Shown here: one piece after another, positions 37,414-45,853 of the stretch | How positions within the stretch are numbered: the stretch's first letter is position 1 | Layout of the letters: each line of letters opens with the position of its first letter | DNA from: a virus | Lineage: Duplodnaviria > Caudoviricetes | Strand: one strand, 5' to 3' | DNA length: 45,853 nt | Virus record (IMG/VR): IMGVR_UViG_3300033407_000030 | Coordinates: 1 to 45,853 of that record | Made by a program: the position numbers and the translations under genes | Notes under the pieces: model-generated | Seen by the model: only the letters and a program-made list of their open reading frames with translations | Told to the model about the DNA's origin: nothing | Database searches by the model: none

Positions 37414-38180
37414 TGCAGCTTAATTGGCGAAGGGAGGAGTCAGGTACTTCAGCTGTGCGCGCACTATTGAATACTGCAGAAGGGCAAGCATTCATACAGA
37501 GTATAATTGGTTCTGTGGCTGATACTTATCCTTTATGGTGGATACAGCCCGATACTGTATCTACTATTCCTAGCCCTAGTATGTGGACTATAGCCAGTGA
37601 GTTCAGATTGGATGGGGAGATTATAATAGAAGAGCAAGCTGTCTTAGCTGTTATTGACGGGGTTGAGGCACATGCTGGGCTTTTACGTGGGTATCTTACT
37701 AATATATCTAATGCCATCGGTCCTGAGAACAGTACTGTAGCTGCGACAGATGTAGACACTACTTTGCCTCTTAACGGGAACGGTGCGAACAACGTAGAAT
37801 GGACTTCAGTAACTGAAGGCAAATTAAAGTTTGATGACACTTTTAATTCTAATAATGGAGGTATCATTATTGATCAACTGGATCCTCAGACCGAGATTAC
37901 CTTTAGGGTGTCTGTTACTCAATTGACAGCAGGCCAATCAATTGCTGTTATTAAGGTAGCGCTTGTGCCTGACAAAACCCTACCTACTTCTAATTTAATC
38001 CTAATAGAAAGCGGGGAGCTTACTTTTAAGCAAAACACACGGCACCACGTGGAGTTGTCGGCCTTCCGCGGTACGGCACAGGCCATTTACATACAGATCC
38101 ATAACACTAGCCCCTCTCATAATTATCAATTAGATGGTGCTAAGTTCATGGCGGTTGAAAAAATACCAAGCCTTAATTAA
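37410..38180 (+). CDS. Hypothetical virion protein with a beta-rich C-terminal domain
   Basis: GTGA overlap with the adaptor gene, upstream of the tail fibre. Confidence 0.6.
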   Translation: MMQLNWRREESGTSAVRALLNTAEGQAFIQSIIGSVADTYPLWWIQPDTVSTIPSPSMWTIASEFRLDGEIIIEEQAVLAVIDGVEAHAGLLRGYLTNISNAIGPENSTVAATDVDTTLPLNGNGANNVEWTSVTEGKLKFDDTFNSNNGGIIIDQLDPQTEITFRVSVTQLTAGQSIAVIKVALVPDKTLPTSNLILIESGELTFKQNTRHHVELSAFRGTAQAIYIQIHNTSPSHNYQLDGAKFMAVEKIPSLN

Positions 38181-38197
38181 AGAGAAAAGGAGCTATT

Positions 38198-39898
38198 ATG
38201 GGCATTTTGACTCTTAAACAAGAAGATGGAGCTCCTACTCCTTCTGTAGGATATGCTAAATTAACCTTTCGTGATGGGCTTGTATACTTCATGAAGGAGG
38301 ATGGGAGCGAGATATTACTCGACGGATCCCCTTTCTTATCCATCCCTGCTTTTAACGGAGGTACATCAGGTGTAGATGCCCCATTTACTGTAGATAGCAC
38401 ATTCCTTGTTACAAATCTTAATGCTGAATTTTTAGGAAGCAAGGATCTAACCACGGTGGAATCCGAATATCAAGCTTACACCGATTCTGAGATTACTACA
38501 TTAATTGGGACTGCTGGTGTTACTAGAGATACCCTTGGTGAGTTGTCTGATGCTATTGATACTAAGTTGGACGCAACAGCAAAAGCTGATGATTCAGAGT
38601 TACTCGATGGTTTAGATTCTCTACAATTCCTCAGAAGTGATGTTGATGATACCTTCGATGGTAACCTTGATGTTACAGGCAACCTTGATGTTCAGGGTTA
38701 CATTAGTGGTCCTGCTGTATTTACAATTGATCCCGCTGGTGTTGGTGATAATACAGGTAAGGTTGTAATTGCTGGTGATCTTCAAGTTGATGGAACAACT
38801 ACTACTATTAACTCAACCACTTTAGAAGTTACTGATTTAACTATTACTGTTGCAAAAGATGCTACGATTCCTTCTGAGGCGAATGGTGCGGGTATTGAAG
38901 TTGATGGTGCATCTGCTTCTTTCACATATCATTCAGCGTCTGACTCATGGAGAATTAATAAAAGATTACAGGATGATCTTGGGAATATCTATTTCAAAGA
39001 TGGTGATAGTTTAGATGCTGATACATTAGATGGTGTACAAGGTGCTAACTATATGCGCCTTGATAAGGATAACAAGTTCTCTGATAACGATTTCCTTATT
39101 CAAGCAAATACCACAGACGGCTCAGACACTTCCCTACTTAGAATAGCAGGTGGTGGTTCAGCTCTCACTGCTAACAGTGGTGCTCGTATTCAATTAGCCG
39201 GTAATGAAAATATCGAATTTACCGGAAGGGCTCAAATAATATCAGGTAATGTTGCTGGTGGTAATATCGAGCTATGTACTGTAGGTTCTCAACATATATT
39301 ATTTCAAACTAATAATACCGAAAGAGCCCGTATAAATTCTGCAGGTTCCTTACTTCTCGGGACCACCAATACAGAGCTTCATGTTAATACTACTGATTTT
39401 GGTTTTGCTTATTTAAATGGAAACGGCGCTCAGAGACTTGCTACAAATCATCTCTCAACTGCCTTGATTACTAATAAAGTAAATTATGTCTCTGGTGCTA
39501 CAAACCATATCCAATTTCGTGAGAACGGCGCGATACGTGGCTCTATTACTTCCGACGGTTCCTCTACTTCCTACAACACCAGCTCCGACTACCGGCTCAA
39601 GGAGAACGTTACTGATCTCACCGGTGCTACTGACCGCCTGACTCAGATACCCGTGCACCGCTTTAACTTCATTACCAATCCTGACCGTACCGTTGACGGC
39701 TTCCTGGCTCACGAGGTTCAGGCTGTAATACCGGAAGCAGTAACTGGCGAAAAGGATGCGGTCGATGAGGACGGTAACCCCGAGTACCAGGCGATTGACC
39801 AGAGCAAGCTGGTCCCTCTTCTGACTGCAGCGCTGCAGGAAGCGCTGACTGAAATCAATAACCTCAAGACCCGCGTCACTGCACTGGAGACCGTATAA
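38198..39898 (+). CDS. Tail fibre/spike with C-terminal peptidase S74 intramolecular chaperone
   Basis: ADTLDG-type repeats, GDLQVDGTTTTINST, ERARINSAG, TSSDYRLKENV, GFLAHEVQAVIPEAV, LTAALQE coiled coil. Confidence 0.88.
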   Translation: MGILTLKQEDGAPTPSVGYAKLTFRDGLVYFMKEDGSEILLDGSPFLSIPAFNGGTSGVDAPFTVDSTFLVTNLNAEFLGSKDLTTVESEYQAYTDSEITTLIGTAGVTRDTLGELSDAIDTKLDATAKADDSELLDGLDSLQFLRSDVDDTFDGNLDVTGNLDVQGYISGPAVFTIDPAGVGDNTGKVVIAGDLQVDGTTTTINSTTLEVTDLTITVAKDATIPSEANGAGIEVDGASASFTYHSASDSWRINKRLQDDLGNIYFKDGDSLDADTLDGVQGANYMRLDKDNKFSDNDFLIQANTTDGSDTSLLRIAGGGSALTANSGARIQLAGNENIEFTGRAQIISGNVAGGNIELCTVGSQHILFQTNNTERARINSAGSLLLGTTNTELHVNTTDFGFAYLNGNGAQRLATNHLSTALITNKVNYVSGATNHIQFRENGAIRGSITSDGSSTSYNTSSDYRLKENVTDLTGATDRLTQIPVHRFNFITNPDRTVDGFLAHEVQAVIPEAVTGEKDAVDEDGNPEYQAIDQSKLVPLLTAALQEALTEINNLKTRVTALETV

Positions 39899-40080
39899 TG
39901 AGTAAGGCAAGGGATATATCGAAGGCTGTCAACGGGGCCGTCCTGGCGAACCTGAACGCGGATACACTTGATGGAGTGCAAGGATCTGGTTACCTATTGA
40001 TTAATTCTGACTCATCCGCAGATTATGGTCTGGTAGGTACTAAGTTCTTCGCTCAAGAAAAGATATCAGCACTCACTTAA
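39898..40080 (+). CDS. Short tail-fibre-like ORF, possible remnant
   Basis: MSKARDI start and NLNADTLDGVQG repeat shared with the upstream fibre. Only 60 aa. Confidence 0.5.
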   Translation: MSKARDISKAVNGAVLANLNADTLDGVQGSGYLLINSDSSADYGLVGTKFFAQEKISALT

Positions 40081-40092
40081 AAGGAATTAGGC

Positions 40093-40401
40093 ATGACGGA
40101 GACTGAATTTCGCTTTAGGCTGGAAGCTTTAGAGAAAGACGTATCTGAGATTAGGCAGGAGGCTAAAGAGTTTCGAAAAGTAGTATACGAACGCCTTAAT
40201 AAGATGGAGGTTAGCATGCAACGCATTCCTTCCACAGAGGAGCTTGACCTTATTAAGGCAGCCTCTGCTTACTACAAATCAAAAAAGGAGCTTACCGATA
40301 AGATACTGCATACTTTGATTACTCGCGGTATAGTAGCTACCGCCATCTTCCTTGGCGGCTACGCTCTTTACCATACTTCTAACATCCTTCTGGGGAAGTA
40401 A
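40093..40401 (+). CDS. Putative holin/antiholin-like membrane protein
   Basis: N-terminal coiled coil plus one C-terminal hydrophobic helix, directly before the endolysin. Confidence 0.55.
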   Translation: MTETEFRFRLEALEKDVSEIRQEAKEFRKVVYERLNKMEVSMQRIPSTEELDLIKAASAYYKSKKELTDKILHTLITRGIVATAIFLGGYALYHTSNILLGK

Positions 40402-40402
40402 T

Positions 40403-40846
40403 ATGACTATTGTAAAGCCGTGCCCCATCATCGCTCCGGATGGGACTATCCTATTTACTACTAAAGAACTAGGGCAGCGCACTACCCAGGAAGGTATCCT
40501 GGCCCCAGGGTTTGCCGTGTGGTTAGCTGAGCTCAGGCTTCGGTTTGACCGTCCTATGATAGTGAACTCCTGTTGCCGGTCTGCCGGTTATAATGAACAG
40601 GTAGGTGGACATGCAAAGAGCTTGCATGTATATGATGAGCCGTATCATCCTACTGGTGGTAGCTGTGCCATTGATATCCGAACTTCACATCTTACTAAGG
40701 AGAAAGCTGAGCTCTACAGGCGCCTGCTTAAGGAACTTGCCTGGGAATCTGGTTGGTCTATTGGCCTTTATACTAATTTTATTCATCTTGATCGGCGGGT
40801 TGACTACACCAATAAAGCCCAAGCCCTATTCAGAGGAGCATACTAA
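40403..40846 (+). CDS. Endolysin, peptidase M15 family
   Basis: VNSCCRS...YNEQVGG..KSLH, AIDI, FIHLD zinc-ligand motifs. Start moved to ATG 40403. Confidence 0.88.
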   Translation: MTIVKPCPIIAPDGTILFTTKELGQRTTQEGILAPGFAVWLAELRLRFDRPMIVNSCCRSAGYNEQVGGHAKSLHVYDEPYHPTGGSCAIDIRTSHLTKEKAELYRRLLKELAWESGWSIGLYTNFIHLDRRVDYTNKAQALFRGAY

Positions 40847-40847
40847 A

Positions 40848-41024
40848 ATGAAATGGTTGAAAGCAAGGTTGCAGGAGCGCTCTACTTATACAGGTATTGC
40901 GCTCCTTTTAGGTTTAGCAGGCGTCACAGTGCCTGTTGAAGCCGTGCAGTTGGTCGGCAGCGCGTTGCTCGCTATTCTAGGAGCGGTTGAGATGCTACGC
41001 ACGGAGCGGGCTTCCGACAAGTAA
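40848..41024 (+). CDS. Putative holin (58 aa, two TM segments)
   Basis: MKWLKARLQERSTYTGIALLLGLAGVTVPVEAVQLVGSALLAILGAVEMLRTERASDK. RBS GAGGAG. This is the 3' part of track ORF 40605..41024. Confidence 0.75.
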   Translation: MKWLKARLQERSTYTGIALLLGLAGVTVPVEAVQLVGSALLAILGAVEMLRTERASDK

Positions 41025-41061
41025 CGGCTTCCATCTAACCCACTTCCAAGGTTTAATGTAA

Positions 41062-41196
41062 TGGGGAGTGGCTGCTTTCTAAAGGGAGGTGTACTATAGC
41101 GTCCAGCCGCAGCCCATAGCTTGCCTGCAAGCCTGGGCAGTGAGCTGCGCCTGTAGTACAAACCTGGGCCCCTTTGTAAAGCACGTCCAGCGTACC
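41062..41196 (+). repeat. Dispersed structured element, copy E6
   Basis: TGGGGAGTGGCTGCTTTCTAAAGGG...TAGCGTCCAGC...GCTTGC-CT-GCAAGC...TGGGCCCCTTTGTAAAGCACGTCCAGCGTAC. Confidence 0.85.
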
Positions 41197-41216
41197 TTGT
41201 TTATAAGGACAATATT

Positions 41217-41633
41217 ATGGCAATCAATGATCCGTTCAAGGCTTATCCTAATTCTGATCTGCAGGGTCGCTATATTCATCATGAAGTAGCTAGACCGGCA
41301 GGTTTGTTTATTTATAAGCTTCAGCAAGATGTGGCACAGGAAGTAGTGCAACAGGCAGAAGATATTCAAATTCTATCTGTCTGGAGTGATAGTGATCTGC
41401 TAGCTGTGTACGCGGATGTAGAACCCGTGTGGGCTTATAACAGTCATATACCTGATGCTATTTTCTGCCCTGCCTTTTCTACGACTGTGATAGAATCTAA
41501 CGCTGTCAGTAGTTTATGGCTGATCCCTATTTCGGTACACTTGGTTGTAGGGGGGGAGTTTACTGTTACCCTGCAGCAGATGCAAGCTTGGAAGGCGCTG
41601 GGCCAAGACCCGCAGCTTTCTATTATAGGTTAA
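41217..41633 (+). CDS. Hypothetical virion protein
   Basis: RBS TAAGGA, upstream of the large tail gene. Confidence 0.65.
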   Translation: MAINDPFKAYPNSDLQGRYIHHEVARPAGLFIYKLQQDVAQEVVQQAEDIQILSVWSDSDLLAVYADVEPVWAYNSHIPDAIFCPAFSTTVIESNAVSSLWLIPISVHLVVGGEFTVTLQQMQAWKALGQDPQLSIIG

Positions 41634-41643
41634 GGAGAATAAG

Positions 41644-44600
41644 ATGTCTAAGAATCGCAGAGTAAGAATCCCGGTAGAAGATAGCGCTGTTATTACCTCT
41701 GCGCAGTCCTATACTCCTGAATCTACTGCTGACAATAAGTCAGAGCGCGCGCAATCTACCTACCCTTTGAAGATATATGAGGGTAAGAATTACTTGCCCA
41801 GTGCTTATGGGTATAAGAGCTTCTGGGGTACTCAGAAAGATATAGGGGCGGACTTGCCGGCTGGAGTAGTAGCTCATGATATCTTTGTATTTCAGACTCA
41901 GGACTTTAAAAATGTGCCTGTGGCTCTTACTGATGATGGTATCTATGTACTAAAACCGGAGGTAATTAATCTTGAATCTTATACTATTACAGAACAGACA
42001 GAGGGGTTTACCGCATTCTTATACCACGAAGAGCTAATAGGAGGTCAATGGGTTATAGACGATCCTATACCTATCACAGAATGGCCTTTCTTTCTGCCCC
42101 CCAGTGACTATGACTTGGATGATTATTATTGGATTAATTTAGACCCTAACTACTCAATAGCTCAAGAGGGGCTGGTTACTACTTGGAATGTAAAGGCCAT
42201 GATGGATGTTCCCGGTAACTCTGGGATATATGGAATCACCTTTCAACTTCTAGCCAGTGGGCAGCCTAGTAATAACGTATGGTTACCTAGTGCTATGACT
42301 TCAGGTGTTGAGGAAGTCACAGGAAATAGAACAGTAGGGAGTTTTGAACTCTCTGCTACAAACATGTCTATGTACGCAGACGACTATAGTAATGATGGAG
42401 GGCAAGGTTATACTATCCATTCTCTAGAAATAGAATTCCCTGAAATTCAAATAGAAGGTGCCTCCGCTCCGGCTGAATGGGTTAAACTACTAGATCTTCC
42501 AGTACCCCCAGTAGGCACTAGCTTCCGCTGGACTATGGCCCAACTGTCGTCCATCCTTTTTTTATACAGAGAAGATCAGGATGAAGTATTCTTTATTGAG
42601 GAAATTATAGACGCTCAAGGCATTAATATAGACCAGTTTAATGGGGCCAAGGTAGCCCCTGTACAGCTTGCTGCTGATCCTGATTCCCCTTTGGAAATAT
42701 GGGGGTATCAACCTACCTTACTTAATATGGAAGGGCAGATAGGTATTTACAGAGCGGGGGCTAGTTTAGGGTTCTGGGACTCTGATAATGCTTTTGCCTT
42801 TTCTGCTATTAACGATTATACAGATTTTGCTCCGAGCCTTACTAATTTAGCTAATATTACTAAGATTAACCGATTGATCGGTAGGGTTACCCATGTAATA
42901 GGTATGGGGCGAGATTTTGTTATCTATGGGACTCGCTCTATTATTCGTATGATAGAAAGTACGCAGGGTACCACACGTTTTATTGCTCAGCCTATTATAA
43001 CCAATGTAGGAGTAGCATATCCGCGTGAGGTAGTAGTAGCTGCTCCTGACACGACGCATTACTGCTGGACCTCGGCTGGCCTGATGCAAATTAGCCAGTC
43101 TGAGATTCAGCCTATCATTCCTGACATAGGAGATTATCTTAAGCAGGCAAAAGGCCCCCAGTACTTGAGTCTGTTGAATAGTCGGTACTTGTGTTTAGAA
43201 GTGCTAGACCCTGATTTTATAAATGGCAATATAGAGTTCTCTGCTCAGACCGTAGACCCCGATGATTATGTATTCGATGAGGTAGTAAGCCCTGGGTATG
43301 AGGGTGAGGATTATCAGGTGGATGGGGGCGACGTATGCTACATTAGCGGTGATCAATTCGATGACTCGGCTGTTAATGCTGTTAAACCTCATATTATAAT
43401 TCCATTGTACGCTGCATGGATTTATAGTGGGGCTACCGTAGGGATAGTTGAACAGCTCAAGGTGGGGGAGAGTAGGCTTTTTGATTTTAATATAACTAAA
43501 GGTGATATATTTGACCATCTACGCAAGTACTACCCTTTTGACATAACTCAAGCAGATCTACCTACCTTTGATCAGGCCCAAGTAGACGCTTGGGAGGAAG
43601 ATCAGAAACAGCACCTAATTAACCACTATCTAACCAACGAGGACTATAACGCAATAGCCCAAGAAACCTACATAGCAGTACAAGAGTTGGCAGCTGGTAG
43701 CGCAGAGGCAGTCGGCATTGCAGACCCCTTGGCGGATTATATTATACAGGAGACCGCTTATATAAGTAAACCCCCTGACGCTGTCTTTGCTTATAGTTCG
43801 GATGGGGTAGCCAATAGTAATGCTGCTATAGACTTACTTCCTGTTACTTTGGAATTGGCGGAGTGGGCAGGGAATGCCACGGTAGAATTATTTAATGGGG
43901 ACAAAGTGGACTTTGACATGGGGTTAGGCTCGACCTTCCCTAGGATAGTATACGGGTGGTTAACGAACGCGACGACTGCTGAAGCAAATGAGGTTATTAC
44001 ACCTATACAGTATATGCAAACTTTAGATTTATCTGTTGATACTATAGTTAAAGATAAATATGATAAAGCCTTTTTTCTAGATAACCCTAATAATATATTA
44101 TATGATGCAGAACTGAAAAGCTCTGTGCCGATACTTTATCGTAATACTCCGTCTGCGGTAAAATTGGATGTTACTATGACGTCCGGGTTTAATACTCTTA
44201 TTGGTATGCTAATAACTTTCAATGAGGGCGGGTTCGATGGTGATAGTCAGATAGGCCCTATATCTATGGACCCTGTGCTCCCCTACTCGTTTTCTGGTGA
44301 TATATTTAATAGTGCTCCTTCTGTTAATTCTGATCTAGTAGCAAACGAGGCAAGAATCTATGGAAGAGTCCTAGGTAATGATTCCGTTACCCCATTATTC
44401 GCATCTAGAGGAGACATGCCTTATGATGAAACAATGGGTATATGGAAAACCTGTGTCCTACCTTTTATGGAGGCGTGGATAGCAGATAGGGAAGTAGACC
44501 AAGGCAAGACAGTGGCTACTGTAACCTGGAAAATACTAGTAGGAGATGGCTCTAACCTTATTGCTGAGGTCTCGGATAGTTACCCAGGGTTATCTTTTGA

Positions 44601-45750
44601 CCCGGCACTAGAACTTACTCTAGCGGAGAAGGCAGAATTCCACGCTCAGATACACAACTACTGGGATTTGGAGCTACTAGGGGGTGCAATACAAACAGTA
44701 GCTAAAACTGCTAAATGGCCTTTTGTTGATCTTCAAGCCTATTATATGACTGAGGAGTCAACTGCTCAAACTAATATAAATGACTTGATCTGCGGGCAAG
44801 CCTTCGACGCCTCTTTCTATCCTCCGGCAGTTCCTGCTACTAACATTACCACCTTTCTGGACGAGGAGGACTATATAGGATTGATGGCCACAGTGGTATG
44901 GTGGTATAATCAAAATAATGATAACTTAGAATTGGATGGCAGTTTCATTATAGGGGCCAGTGGGCAAGTAGATGTACCCTTAGGCTGGACGTTGGAGGAG
45001 GCTGACGCCGCAGGCTGGCCTACTAATGTAACTGCGCAGGCTCTTGCAGCCAATCAGGTTATTACGCTTACCACCGCTCTTTCGCAAGGGTCGGCAGCTT
45101 TGGGGGCAGGTGCTGAGGGCTTTGCGAAAGCTTTAGTCTGTGGTACTGCTGATGCTGAGACGGTGTCCATACCGGAAGTACCGGCTATTACATATGAGAA
45201 GTGGGAAATAGAAACCCCTCCTCTCACTTTTGTGCTCAGCAATGGGCTACTCGCTCCATATGATCCTACCTTCTACGGAGCCTACGTATTTGATTTGCAC
45301 TTAAAGAAATGGGGGCAGCTCAATACAGAGTATAAGAACCTAATCAACTATCAGCCGATTAGCAATTATACACCCGGTGTGGTAGATCACGATGGGTTTA
45401 ATATCGAGGCAGGAGCCCTACTGCCGCAAGGAGTTGTTACGGTCTTCGACTTCGACCCGGCAGAGAGCTATATAAGATATGGTAAGTTCCAACAGCTGGC
45501 CAGAATGAATACCCAAATATCAGAGGTGGGGGTTACCTTCCGCCATGCAAGCACTGGGCTCATTGCAGTGCAGTGGAGTGTAGACGGCAGAGTCTTAGAG
45601 TATGGTTGGAGCGAAGCTATAGCCTTTGAAAATGCCTTGAATAAAACCCTACAATGCAGTAAGATAGGTCAATGGGCAACTGTTACTGTTGCTGGTAAGT
45701 ATGATATTACTGGCATGACAATTAAGTATAAACGCGCAGGAGATAGATAA
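41644..45750 (+). CDS. Putative tail nozzle/stabilisation protein with large insertions (1368 aa)
   Basis: Beta-propeller-like segments (NAFAFSAINDYTDF, FVIYGTRSI, YVFDLHLKKWG) resembling P22 gp10/T7 gp12-type proteins. Lies just before the ejection genes. Confidence 0.6.
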   Translation: MSKNRRVRIPVEDSAVITSAQSYTPESTADNKSERAQSTYPLKIYEGKNYLPSAYGYKSFWGTQKDIGADLPAGVVAHDIFVFQTQDFKNVPVALTDDGIYVLKPEVINLESYTITEQTEGFTAFLYHEELIGGQWVIDDPIPITEWPFFLPPSDYDLDDYYWINLDPNYSIAQEGLVTTWNVKAMMDVPGNSGIYGITFQLLASGQPSNNVWLPSAMTSGVEEVTGNRTVGSFELSATNMSMYADDYSNDGGQGYTIHSLEIEFPEIQIEGASAPAEWVKLLDLPVPPVGTSFRWTMAQLSSILFLYREDQDEVFFIEEIIDAQGINIDQFNGAKVAPVQLAADPDSPLEIWGYQPTLLNMEGQIGIYRAGASLGFWDSDNAFAFSAINDYTDFAPSLTNLANITKINRLIGRVTHVIGMGRDFVIYGTRSIIRMIESTQGTTRFIAQPIITNVGVAYPREVVVAAPDTTHYCWTSAGLMQISQSEIQPIIPDIGDYLKQAKGPQYLSLLNSRYLCLEVLDPDFINGNIEFSAQTVDPDDYVFDEVVSPGYEGEDYQVDGGDVCYISGDQFDDSAVNAVKPHIIIPLYAAWIYSGATVGIVEQLKVGESRLFDFNITKGDIFDHLRKYYPFDITQADLPTFDQAQVDAWEEDQKQHLINHYLTNEDYNAIAQETYIAVQELAAGSAEAVGIADPLADYIIQETAYISKPPDAVFAYSSDGVANSNAAIDLLPVTLELAEWAGNATVELFNGDKVDFDMGLGSTFPRIVYGWLTNATTAEANEVITPIQYMQTLDLSVDTIVKDKYDKAFFLDNPNNILYDAELKSSVPILYRNTPSAVKLDVTMTSGFNTLIGMLITFNEGGFDGDSQIGPISMDPVLPYSFSGDIFNSAPSVNSDLVANEARIYGRVLGNDSVTPLFASRGDMPYDETMGIWKTCVLPFMEAWIADREVDQGKTVATVTWKILVGDGSNLIAEVSDSYPGLSFDPALELTLAEKAEFHAQIHNYWDLELLGGAIQTVAKTAKWPFVDLQAYYMTEESTAQTNINDLICGQAFDASFYPPAVPATNITTFLDEEDYIGLMATVVWWYNQNNDNLELDGSFIIGASGQVDVPLGWTLEEADAAGWPTNVTAQALAANQVITLTTALSQGSAALGAGAEGFAKALVCGTADAETVSIPEVPAITYEKWEIETPPLTFVLSNGLLAPYDPTFYGAYVFDLHLKKWGQLNTEYKNLINYQPISNYTPGVVDHDGFNIEAGALLPQGVVTVFDFDPAESYIRYGKFQQLARMNTQISEVGVTFRHASTGLIAVQWSVDGRVLEYGWSEAIAFENALNKTLQCSKIGQWATVTVAGKYDITGMTIKYKRAGDR

Positions 45751-45853
45751 TGGTAAGCCGATATGATACTCAAACCTCCAGCCGTCCTGATACTGACACT
45801 ACGGCTACTACTGCGGGCACTTCCAGAGAGACAAGCTCTGGGGTCACTACGGG
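45750..45853 (+). CDS. Partial ORF, probably the N-terminus of the S/T-rich virion protein whose C-terminus is at 1..474
   Basis: TAATG overlap, RBS AGGAG, MVSRYDTQTSSRPDTDTTATTAGTSRETSSGVTT, open to the window end. Confidence 0.55.
   Translation, partial: MVSRYDTQTSSRPDTDTTATTAGTSRETSSGVTT

Noticed and set aside
7805-41196. Dispersed elements as CRISPR repeats, hammerhead/twister ribozymes or MITEs
   Set aside because: They are not arrayed with spacers, lack the CUGAnGA/GAAA hammerhead core, match twister only superficially, and show no target-site duplications or transposase.

Overview
The window is an almost complete, circularly permuted genome of a tailed dsDNA phage with podovirus-type architecture and probably a Gram-negative host (sigma70-like promoters). 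A + strand arm runs 27.9 kb -> 45.8 kb -> 7.7 kb and carries early genes, TerS/TerL, portal, scaffold, major capsid, tail, tail fibre, lysis and ejection proteins. A - strand arm runs 27.0 kb -> 7.9 kb and carries a RecD-like helicase, Cas4-like nuclease, NADAR, DEDD exonuclease, MazG-like protein, Sak4-like ATPase, SSB-like protein, Tad2-like protein, PolA and an AAA helicase. I found no integrase, RNA polymerase, tRNA, CRISPR array or recognisable primase. The main signal not explained by genes is a family of six dispersed, mostly intergenic elements of 134-137 nt. They have conserved ends (GGAGTGGC ... RYGCCTAGCGTAC), co-varying stems, roughly 7-9 kb spacing, and an orientation that flips at a back-to-back pair at 25.05-25.59 kb. 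Other highlights are an R-S-E type ADP-ribosyltransferase-like domain inside the 1806-aa ejection protein together with a NADAR hydrolase, a ~350-nt structured intergenic region, a ~600-bp mirror-symmetric origin-like region flanked by a divergent paralogue pair, and a PolA with His at the 762-equivalent position. All family assignments come from motif recognition by eye, not database searches.
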